Assembly: GCA_964057225.1 (NCBI GenBank)
Contig: OZ059896.1
Coordinates: 17,360,001 to 17,424,000 of the forward strand
Length of the DNA: 64,000 bases
Direction: 5' to 3'
Source of the DNA: Auanema rhodensis
Lineage: Eukaryota; Animalia; Nematoda
The notes under the pieces: generated by a model
Database searches by the model: none
Seen by the model: the letters and a program-made list of their open reading frames with translations, nothing else
Told to the model about the DNA's origin: nothing
Position numbers and translations under genes: made by a program
In this document: in pieces, positions 27,901 through 39,115 of the stretch
Position numbering within the stretch: the stretch's first letter is position 1
How the letters are laid out: the number at the start of each line of letters is the position of its first letter

Positions 27901-30900
27901 GGCCCAATTGCTTTAACCCACCCCCTAGCGACAATCTCTTGCGTGTTCCTTATTTACTTTCTCTTTTCTATTTGTAGCTTTAGACACAATGTACATTTAA
28001 GAGTGTACAGGCAAAAAGTTTGAGCGTGTTGTTCATTCTCCGCCTCAGCTCTTTATTCGAGCTCTAACTTCTATTTCACGTAACCTCTCTCTCACCCTTT
28101 CTCAGTAGCTGTCTTTCATTCTCTCAATCATCTTCCAGCTTTCTCTCTTTCTCTCTATCAATCAACTCTCAATCAATCTATTTATCTCTCATCTTTTCAC
28201 CGTTTCTTTCAGTGCTTGCTCCTCACAATAAACTCTCTTCGACTTTTCCTTCTGTATCAGTAATTCTTTCACCTATTTCTCTCTCTAACTCTCTTCCATT
28301 CTTACCATCTATTATCAAGCATTTTTTCTCGGAAGGATCTACCGGGGAAAAACGAACTTACAAAGAGAAAATACAATGATTTTAAATGAGAAAATAAGAT
28401 AGAGAACGAGAGTCAATGAGGAAAAGAAGGGAGGGTGGAGGTTTAGAGAGACGAGAAAGGTTTGAAGGGAAGTCAACGTGAGCATATCATGCTTTCTGTT
28501 CATCGTCATCCTTTTTTCTACCAAACCACTAAAATAATACGTGAGTTTTCCCGTCATTTTCTTATGTTTCAATCAATTCACATTCATTTATTACTTGATA
28601 TTATTGTTTCCGTTTCAATTATTTAGTCAAAATTTTAAAATTTCAGTCAATTCTATATCAGACGTTTATTTTATCTATTTCCACATTCTTCCTTCTTACG
28701 GTAATTTGTATTCATAGTTTGAGAATTCTTGATCTTTATGGGCAGTCCGGATGTGTTCATTGAAAGTATGTGGGTGGCCAAGTTCAAAGAGATCCTATTC
28801 AATTCCGAAAGACAAAAATTTATTTTTCTTCTCTACCATTCATCCTGTTGAAAAGCATCTGTCTTGAGTTGAAAATCAAAATTTCCAATATAACTGAATG
28901 CGGAAAAGATGAAAAAAAAAGTTTTTTTTTCTCTCTCGTTCAATTGAGCTGATGTATGGGTGGCAGAGATGGTCGGCATGGCGGCGGCGGCAGCAACAGC
29001 ATCATCTGACACTCAGATTTACTTCAATTTCATTGACATCTTGAACATATATCATACCGTATACGGATCATATAAACATGATTGATGTTTGAGACGAACG
29101 GTTAAAAGGAAAGCGAACGGAATATACGAGGGAAGCAAGAAGGACCATAAGCAGAGCTAAACGTCCAGCTATTGTTTGTTCGATTGCAGCTTCTTGTCTC
29201 TATATACCTAAAAGGTTGAGAAGGGTGGGGGGAGGGGGTTAGTTAGAAGATGAGTTAGAAACCAATGAGCTTAGAATAGATGAAGAGATCTGTAGATTGG
29301 TTAGGTAAGTTATTGACGACATAAAGAGTAGAGAGAGAATGCAATATGCCATAGTATATCAGGAGAAAATAGAGAGTAATAGAAAACAAGATAAAGATGA
29401 TAGAGAGCTAGAAAATGTGGAGAGGATGAGAGAGAGAGAGGGATTGAATATGATGGCATGAAGTGAGTACATATTTGGACACTGTGCCGAACGGGAGTTT
29501 TATGTATATGTATGGGGAGAGTGAGGGATTGATGTGGATCTACTGTGAGTATAAGTGTGTGTATGTGTGTGTGTGTCAGGTTGGGATGGGTGGAAGAAGG
29601 AAAGGTAAGACACACGAAGAAGAGGAAGCTTGACCCTATGTAACCCCTCTCCCCTCCTATGATGTCTCTCTCACTCTCTCTGTTTCTCTCTCTTTTCTTT
29701 TTTCTTGGGTCTTCATAGGCATCTCATTGAGTGGCTAACAAGTAAAAAGGAATATTTATATATAGATATATGAAGAGAGAAAACGAAATATTGAATACAT
29801 AAAGGTAGAATAGAGAGATTGAGAGAAAAGAAGGGAGATGCCAACACGTACAGAAGCTAAAGTAATGAGATGAGGCCATGGCGCATTGGATTACATCTTT
29901 ACATGGTATACATCATCTATATGTTTTCCGACTATGCAGACAATCTTCTTTGACTTCTTCAGATTGTCCTTTACCATCTTCTTCTTTTTCCATCCTTTAC
30001 TCATACCGTCATGAATGATGGAAAGATCTATTATCTTTGCTGTTTGTTATATCCTTTCTTCTTCAGCTTTGCTATGTGAGCCTAAGCATTAACTAACTGA
30101 CAGTTCGCTAGTACCCGCATAAGCTTGACGAAAAATCGCAGAGTATTGTCATTCACTCATCGCTTCCGACTGTTTACCAGTTACCTCCTACATGCTTCTT
30201 TAACTTGAGTTTGCAAGCTAGATGGTCTTTTGCGAAAGTTGACAGTTACAATTCCCTTCTTATCATCATCATCCCCAACAGCATGTTCCAATTTTAATTT
30301 TTTCCTGTATTTCGTGTCACCAGCCTACTACATTTGAAGCAGAACAGAGCAATAACAACATTAGTAAGCAAAAGCAATAGAGAGGTTAGCTGATCCAATC
30401 CATTTCTTTCCCATAAACTCCATTATCCACATATGAGACAATGTGTTGTTTATTTTATCGTTTTTTTTGTCTTCTATACTTAAAAGTTTACGTAATGTCA
30501 CATACGTGATGCTCACAATATATTGTATGTCATCTGGTGATATAGCCACAGCAGGTTCTGCCACAAATTGTCATCTTTGACCACACGATGACCAGAAATC
30601 CGAAAGTAAAAAGGCCATAATAACAGATGAAATAGAACATAAGCTGTTATTGGCAGAACACATACTTCAAGGATGAGAATGAGAGAGAGAGAGAAAGAGA
30701 GAGAGAAAGGGTTATATAGAAAGTTTGAGTCTGGAAGTGAATGAAGATGCTGACCATAACATATCTTCTGTCTTGTCATCTTCTCGCAGCAGAATTGTTC
30801 ATTAATTATTCTTACTCTACTTACAGTGCTCATATCTCATTCATACAACAGACAAATCGTCGGCTTGTCGATCGAGGCCTGTAAAACACGTGTGCTCAGC

Positions 30901-33900
30901 AGCAGGCTCTGTCATGACGTCTGTTCTGACTGCAACCGTTTCTGTTGCCACAATCGCACAGCGTTTACGCCATCTGAGGACAAAGCAAGCCTGAACCTCG
31001 AGTTGTGTCAACTTGTTCCTTCTTACTGAAATAGCTGTTGCAAACATGTTGATGCTTCTCTTCCTTCTCTCATTACGTTCTATTGTATCTAACGCATCTT
31101 GCGAATTGCTCAAGCCACCTCCGCAACTTTCTCACATCATCGTCATCTAATCTTCGTGGCTGTGTTCACGTGTTCCTTTTGTGAACTACAGCTTTCGAGC
31201 TTCCGCTTGATAATCACGCCGTGTCCTTTCCTTCCTTCTATTTCTCTCACTCTCATCCTCACACTCACATTCTTTCTCTTTTTCTCTCGCATTTCTACAG
31301 CCATTTTTCCTCATTTTCAGCTCCGAAACTGTTGACGACAGTCGATAGCTAGGGCGCATCAGTAGAATCGCCGTCACACGGATTGCAGGGTAGTAGTGGC
31401 TTTGACGTGCTGCTCTCTATTAATCGTTACCGTAATCCTTGAGGCATGAATCACATTGCGTGACGTGGCCGTTTTAGTTCTCTCAACTTCATCGCTTGTC
31501 TGCATCTCCATTTTACTCTCACACATTTTGTGTGTATTTCGCTCTTTACCTCTAACCTCATCATCATCATCATTGTAGTTGTCGTCGTCGTCGTCTCGAC
31601 AAACGATAAACGAACTGTAAATGTCAAAAAAACCAAAAAAACGAAAAGAAGAGTCTGTAAGTTAGCCGGTATAAGCTGACGTTGTGAGACGCGTAATATA
31701 CCTAAATGAAATATACAATTTTAAGTATTTTTTCACCTCAGTTCAAATTAATTCGGTCAACTGCATATACTCTATGTTGTTTCCATGCTGACAGTCATAT
31801 CTATGCATGATGTAATTCACGCGTCCACACTCATATTAAGTACGGCGCACGAGCGATTTCACCCTAAGTTGCACCTTCAGTTCTTCAAGCAATGATGAGA
31901 ATTTTACTCGTGATATCAATGATCGTAATTAGTTACTATCTCTGAAGCTTCATTAGAAATTTTGAAAAATTAAAAAAAGATTTAATAGTAAAGTGTTTTC
32001 ATAACTTTTAAAGTTGTGGGAAAGTTTCAAGGAATTGCAATTTTTAATTTGCGGGTGATGCAGTAAAAGTATTACCAGGGGGTATATCACAGGCGTGTAT
32101 GTGTGTGTGGCACCTGGTGGGGCAATGTGTATGTATTACTTGTTTATCAGATATTGGACGGCCTGACCCTATTTACAGCTACTACTTCTTATTGCAACAT
32201 TTGTGCTTTTAGTTGACGATTTGCTGACCTAAAGCTTTTTCTCTTTTTCATTATAATATCTTTAATTTGCGTTGTCTCTCATTGTGTCCAGCAGACCAAC
32301 AATCTAGGTCGTTGTTGTGAAAGTTTTGTCGCTCTTTTCTTCTTATACTTCTCCTTTTTCTTGCTGCTCTATCCTTTGCCTATTCTCTAGCTCTCAGTTT
32401 TTATCCCTCTATTTCGGCGGGGGGGGAGAAGCAAGATGATAGAAATACTAAAAGATCTTGCGCATATCCTTAGTTTAACAGACAACGACGACCCTAAGTC
32501 ATCACCCCAAGGGGTCACATACACACATACACACACATTCACATCATCATCCGCACATTGTGATGAAGACTTTAAGAGCAACAGGCAGTAGCACGCGTAA
32601 ACAACTACTATGATATTAATCTCAGATGACGTTAACGAGTTAGATTAAAGATGATATGATATGCAGGAAACTTGACCAGCTAATGTGATGCTCAATTTAT
32701 TTGTGTGGATGTGTGTCAAACGTTTCTGATGAGTTTCTTGCACTGTCAGTAGCTTCAAACTTTGTTTTCACGTTTAGGCGTTTACGTGAGATATGCCAAT
32801 CACTCATCAGCTATGTAAATGAAATGAACCGTTCTAACTTTCTATATCAGATCGTTCTCTCGTTAATTTTTTCTTCTTTGTCTATCTTAGCTTGCTCCTT
32901 ACTTTATTGTTGTTTCCTTGTTTTATACTCTCTATCTATTATACAGTATTTTACTCTTTTTCGTCTACTTATCTTCATTTTTCTTTACTTTATGTCTCTG
33001 TCTCTCTTTCTATTCTTTGCTTTATTTTCCTTTCTCTATCTCTTCTTCTCTCACTCATTCTACAGATAGTTCTATCTTCTTTGAGCTTCTTGGTCATTGC
33101 CTGCTGCCAGCGGGCCTGACCCAGATCGCTACCGAAGCAAGAAGGGGCTGGACCAACAGAGCCCACACACGGGCTCCACCTCCGCCTGCTCCTCAGTCTG
33201 CTTGTAGGTCCGGCCCGCCTCCTAATGCCGACTGCTGACCAGACGGTCGACACACCTACCGTACATGGTCAAACCTCTAAGGCGGATCATGATCAGTCCT
33301 CAGATTGAGTTCAGTCTAGTATTCGGCTATGTGACTATTCAGTGATATGTGCTCTATGCTACTTTCCACTTGATGTTCTAAGCTCAATGGTTCTTCTTGC
33401 ATTACTATATACTTATATGTTAACTATATACTTTATTGTATCAATATGCTAGTATTCCATTGCTTAATGTCTCTACGGTAATGTGATTAGCCATATTCAG
33501 AGTAACATCTGCCATACAGCAAGAAGTTTTCTTGTCATATGTGTGTGAGTAAGTAGATGAGAAGCTCAGTGTCCTATCTTTTTTTCATTCTGAAGATCTT
33601 TTCTCTTTTGCTTGTCTATGTTCTTCCTCATTTTCTTTATGATCACTTGTTCATGTCTCTGTAAGTGTGAGTGAGGTTTGTGTATCCCTTTGCTAGTGAT
33701 TTGCAGTGGGTGGGGTTAAGCAAAAATAAATGAAAACCTAAGAGAAAAGAAATAAAGAGAGATAGAGAAAGAGTGAGCAAGAGAATAAGAAGAGTTGGAA
33801 AGCGATCGTTCAATTACAAGGCAGACATGAGAGGAAGAGAAGTTGAAAAAAAAAGAGAGCAGAGTTTATTTGTGGGCATGATCCTCCTCTGCTTTCAGAC

Positions 33901-35391
33901 TTTTTCTCAAAAAATGTTTCTCAATTTATCTCACTTTTCTTTCTTTCTTCTTCTCCTTCAGCTTTCTATTTCTCTCATATTCTTACTCTATCTAGCATTA
34001 TTGCATTCGTTGTCTTCTTTTTCTTTTAACTTCATCTTTTCGTTAGAGCAAACCGCATGGCATGATTCCGATGCTGAGGCTGTCTACCTCAAGACGGATA
34101 AATGAAAGCGATGCTGCTCTCCAACACTATCTGAAGCATGCTGCTGCTCAACTTCTCGACATTTTACAAAAAAAATTTTTCTTCAACACACTCGCACACA
34201 CAGTGAGAAATGGGATACATGGCGCTCAAACAGAGTCGTTTTTGCAACCCAATTGCCCTTGGGGTCAATGTGCAAAAGAAATAAAAAAAAGGATCAGTAC
34301 CTATATTCCTTTAACTTTTTATTTTCTTACATCCATTAACTATTTTGTCTTTTCTTCCTCATTTTTGTTCCTTTTTTTCTTTCTTATACTTGCTAGTGTG
34401 TATGTGTGTTCATACAATAGTCATTTATTTTAATTCCGGCATGTTCTATCTTGCCATCATTATATAAATATTTTAAAACTTCCTAGACAGGATTTAGTGG
34501 GACACAAGGTCTCCCAGAAAACGAAAAAGAGCTGCAAAAGATTTATATAGAAAGAGCAAAAGATAGAGAGAGAGAGAGAGACTGAGGAAATAAAAAAGAC
34601 AACCAAGTGAGAGTGGGAGCTTCAGACGATAGTTATTGCTTCAAAGTGCACATGCTTTCAGCATCTGTCTTTCCAAACTGCTTTCTGCCATTCCCCCACC
34701 CAGCTTTTTCACTGACTTTCTACTTCGAAAATCTAATCTATTAATTCCAATTTTCAATTTTTTTTATTTGGAGCATATGCAGATTTGCTGACTTGTTGTC
34801 GTCATGTTATTAGCTCAGATATCGATGCCAACCAGGTGCTATTTGTATGAAAACTGAATTGTGCTCATCGTTGAGTTGATCCAAAGTTAAAGTGCTTTTC
34901 AAACCCCCGATCAGTCCAGGCTGCTAGACCTTTTCGATTCGAACAGCTCCGTGGAGTAGGCTTTACCTGTTCAATGATTCTCTTCCAGCTATTTGCTTAG
35001 TTACCACAGACCATACTCTTCTTCTTTCTTTCGTCTTCTTCATTATTCTCGTCATCTCAGCTCTGTGACTTTCATGTTGTTCCATTTATATTTATAATAT
35101 TTTATAATATGATAATTTTAATATTTATTCTTCGTAACAAGTAAGATAATCTTAATGTTTCTATTCGAATCTCAAAAATATATTCGATTCGCAACAATTG
35201 TTTAACATCAACTTCATGAGTTATGACATTTGACAGGTGTGACGAAGCATTTTTCTTGATTCTATTACATGAATGACAAACTGAAATTTTTTTTAATCTC
35301 TTGTTTCGTTTATTTTATTCATTTCTTGTCTTATTTTTGATTTTTATATATTATTAGAAGTATTCATTTCATTTAATCCATTTATTTCAGA

Positions 35392-38300
35392 ATGTCCGTT
35401 GCGAAGAGGGGTAGATCAGCCAGCTTAACACCAGCATCGGAATGCTGCTACGTTTGTACTGAATGCCCAAGTTCATTCTCATCATTGAATGAGCTTGAAA
35501 AGCACTTAATGAATCATAATAAGACATCTGTAGACATTGAAGAGGTAAGCATATTATTGGAATTTCTCTTTCATATCACCCATTGGAATGTATATTTTCG
35601 TTTCTTATCTTGCGCAGTTCAAATGCTCTTTTTTAACTATTCATCTGAATTAATTATCTAAAAAAGCAGATTATGATATTGGTGAATGATGATCGGAGTA
35701 TCCAATGGTCTTCCGGTCACACAGCTGTCTTTCTTTTCTTCCAATTGCTATTATGCAGAATGAGAGATAGTGAGATATCATAAGAGTGGAGCGAAAGAGA
35801 ACAGGAATGGGATCTTGATTGAAAGCCAAAGAAGAGATAGAGCAGCCGCCACCAATCACCAAAAGTTTTTCTGTCCCATGTAGTTCTAGCAGACGTAGAT
35901 AGAGAGAAAGGAAGAATAGGAGATAAAAAGAAATTCCGAGCTCGGAGAGGAAGTGACTAGTAGCCGATGGCACGAGGTCATCTCTGGCACGACTCCTCTT
36001 CACTTGGCATCGTTTTTCAGTTTTTTTTCGGACAAATAGGGTTTAAGATTGTCGATTTACCTTTTTTTTTTCGTCGTTTGGCTCATTAATGGACAGTTCA
36101 CTGCGCATAGAATATCGGTCAATCTGTCATAGAGTGTCTGTGAACCGTTTTTGTCATCTACCGTAATCCGAGTAAAGTTGATTGAGAGCGAAAGAGATGA
36201 GCTGGCAAATACAAATTCATGACAATTCGCGTTGTTGAAGCCTACGATATCCTTACGATTTGTGGCCAGCTGACCAGTAAGAACGAATGATGACGCGATT
36301 GTGGTCGTCTGTATACGATTGGCATTCTTTGTAGTACAGGAACAGCCGGTCCATATCTAATCATCTCAAACTTCTACCTCCAGCTGACGTTTCCAAAGAA
36401 ATATGGTAGCCTCAGCTGTTGGCTACACGAATGGTCGCAGTACGGAGATGGAGTGCTTGGTTGAACGAAAACCCATATTCTTTAGCATATTGACATTCGA
36501 TCAGAAATCATAACCATATCTATCAAAAATAATTAATTTATATTCAATTGACTGTTTTCTAGGAGCCTGACCTATTAGCTAACAACTACTTCAACACTCA
36601 TAGCCCAAGTAGTTCGGAATCTGCTCGTGGTGGAGATGATGAAGTGACACAAGACGTCGATATGGAAGATAGTATGATAGACCTGAAGCCCGGATACCAC
36701 TGCAGATTCTGCGATCAATCGTTCGATGATCAAAGCCAACTTAATGTACACTATACTCATACTCACCGTGATAAGCCACAGTACGAATGCGAAGTATGTC
36801 ATACTGTATTCGGCGTTAAACGTGATTTATCAACTCACATGAGGAAACACAGCGGAGAACAGCCTCATAAGGTATGTCAATCACATTGCAACTTGTATAG
36901 TTATCAATCATATGTGTTTCAGTGCACTCAATGCGGAAAGGAATTCGGTACTCGTCAATTGCTGAAAAAGCATTGGTTGTGGCATACTGGTGAACGAACT
37001 CACGTGTGCCAGCATTGTAACAAAGCTTTCTACCAGGTTTGTCACATTTTTATTTGAAGATCCTTTTTTCATATTTTTTTCTGAGTACCATTCATTAGTT
37101 TTACGTTTTATAGAAAGGACACCTGACCCAACACTTGATGATCCATTCTGGCGGTCGACCTCATAAATGCGAACTCTGCAAAAAGACATTTATCTTCAAA
37201 GTAAGATTGCTTTTTTCATTTCTTCTTCTATATTTTTAATTTTAATGTCTTTGGCATATGCTCTTAATGCTTACTTCTATTTCAGTTCGATCTTAACCGA
37301 CACATGAAGATTCATGCTGAACGTGGATTCTCATGCACTCAATGTGGACGATCATTCCAACGTCAGAGTTCCTTAGATGAACATCTTATGAAATGCAAGG
37401 GAAAGACTGCAGCAGTTCGGTCTTCACCTATCCGAACTACCTCTAGCGCTTCTACAGCTTCTTTGGCTGAAGTTGCAGCAGCTGCTGCCAGCACAACTCC
37501 AACAATGACGCTCAACACATCCACAAATCAGTCATCTCTTTTCCCACTTCTGAATCAATCTGTTCTTAACTTCACCACTGATCAGATGGCCAAAATGGCT
37601 CAAAGCTTGCTCGCTCAGCAGAACCAGCAAAGAGTTCTGAATGCTCTTTTCTTATCAGCCTCCAATGTGTCTACTACTCCAAGCTTGACGACTACTACAA
37701 CGTCATCTCCAGCTGCTCCAACTGCCACGACGACAGACTATACTATCTCACCAACAAACAGCACACAGCCTGTTACTCCAGATCCAACACCATTCTATTG
37801 TATGCTGTGTAGCAAGCAATTCCCCAATCAGCAAATTTTTGCACTTCACATGTATACTGCTCACGTCCAAACGAGCTCCGCATACAAAGACGATCTTGAG
37901 GTAATGTTAGAGATTATACTAATGAAATTCTAATCTTCTTCTTTAGAATACTACCCCACTTCTTGTATCTTCTCTATTTGGTCCAGTGAATCCAATCAAG
38001 ACTGAGGATGAAGAGCAAATGATAAATGTACACAGCGAGACAGCTACCAACTCATCTTGCGCCTCAAGGTATGTAAACCCTAGTTTTATACAGAGTTATA
38101 ATCAATACTTTTTTTCAGCCCTCTTAAAGCTTCCCCTGTATCATCTCACTCACCGGCTCCGTTCATGGTTGCTTCTCCTTTGTCTCCCAAGAAATTAGCT
38201 CTTGAAGACCTCAAGCATGATGAGCCATGTGCTGACTGCGACATGCACAAGACTCGAACAGAAGAGCTTGAAAACGCTCTGCGACAGAAGGCCGACGAGC

Positions 38301-38493
38301 TTCAGAAGTACAAAGACATGATGAAAGCTGTAAGTTCATATAAATGTTAGACATCATGCTAATATTCAATTCGTTACAGGTTGTAACCACAGCTGGTCAG
38401 CTCTTGAACCAATGCTCAACCGAAAATGTTTTCATTGCCCACACAAAGAACATTTTCAATCAACTTCAGTCCACGCTGCTGACTTCCGAGTAG
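35392..38493 (+). CDS. Multi-C2H2 zinc-finger transcription factor (8 fingers, S/T/Q-rich linker, C-terminal CxxC + coiled coil)
   Basis: One N-terminal finger, a tandem array of six with HSGEQP/HTGERT/HSGGRP linkers (last one C2HC), one isolated finger (FYCMLCSKQF...HMYTAH), and PCADC...coiled coil. First intron 35545-36562; ATG preceded by a tttcag acceptor. From memory it resembles C. elegans M03D4.4 (unverified). Confidence 0.93.
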
Positions 38494-39095
38494 TATCGTT
38501 GTTATATTTCAAAGTTTGCGTGTATAGTTCCGGCAAATGGTACCGGAGCCAAGACCCGGGTGGTGACGTGTAATACAAGCCAGAACAGAATCTGGAATCA
38601 GAAGTTGCCAAATTAATACTATTAACTATTCTCTACGAATGATCTTTTACTATATTTTTTCCTTTTACGATAGATATTTCGGTTCAATCTCCCTCCCACC
38701 CTCACGTTCTTTCCATATATTGTCACATCAATAATCTGAGCCAAATAGGTGAATCATCTATTCAGATACGTCTAATTCCGTTTTAGGAAACGATATATTT
38801 TGTTTTTTTTTCTTGTTTTCAACTTGTTTCTCATTTGATTTCCTTAAAACAGCTGAATTTTCATCAGCTACATTCAATTCCAAACATACGTGCTCAAATT
38901 TAAGACATTCATGTATTCCGAAAACAATGCTCTCAAGTTTGAAACATAAGTTTATTTTCCATTAAAAGCTTTAGTTTGTCAGTCGCCCATCAATCTCTCA
39001 CTTAAACTTATAAGACGATTTGTTTTTTTTCTTGAGAAAGCTGTTTAGTTGGTGAAAATAATTAGCAAAAAAGAGAGATCAAACAACTGCCTCAA

Positions 39096-39115
39096 CATTC
39101 ACCTTACGTGCCTTA
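39096..39115 (+). promoter_or_regulatory. Extensively paired miR-124 target site in putative 3' UTR
   Basis: CATTCACC-TTA-CGTGCCTTA versus the reverse complement of miR-124 (TGGCATTCACC-G-CGTGCCTTA); pairs miRNA nt 1-9 and 11-18. Confidence 0.75.

Noticed and set aside
19163-34433. Many 60-120 aa ORFs in the track, rich in F/L/S or R/E/K
   Set aside because: They are translations of CT/GA microsatellite and low-complexity DNA, often from non-ATG starts, with no domains or consistent splice structure.
39087-39094. CTGCCTCA, a G:U-wobble let-7 seed like lin-41 LCS2, adjacent to the miR-124 site
   Set aside because: It lacks the compensatory TATACAACC 3' pairing that such wobble sites need.
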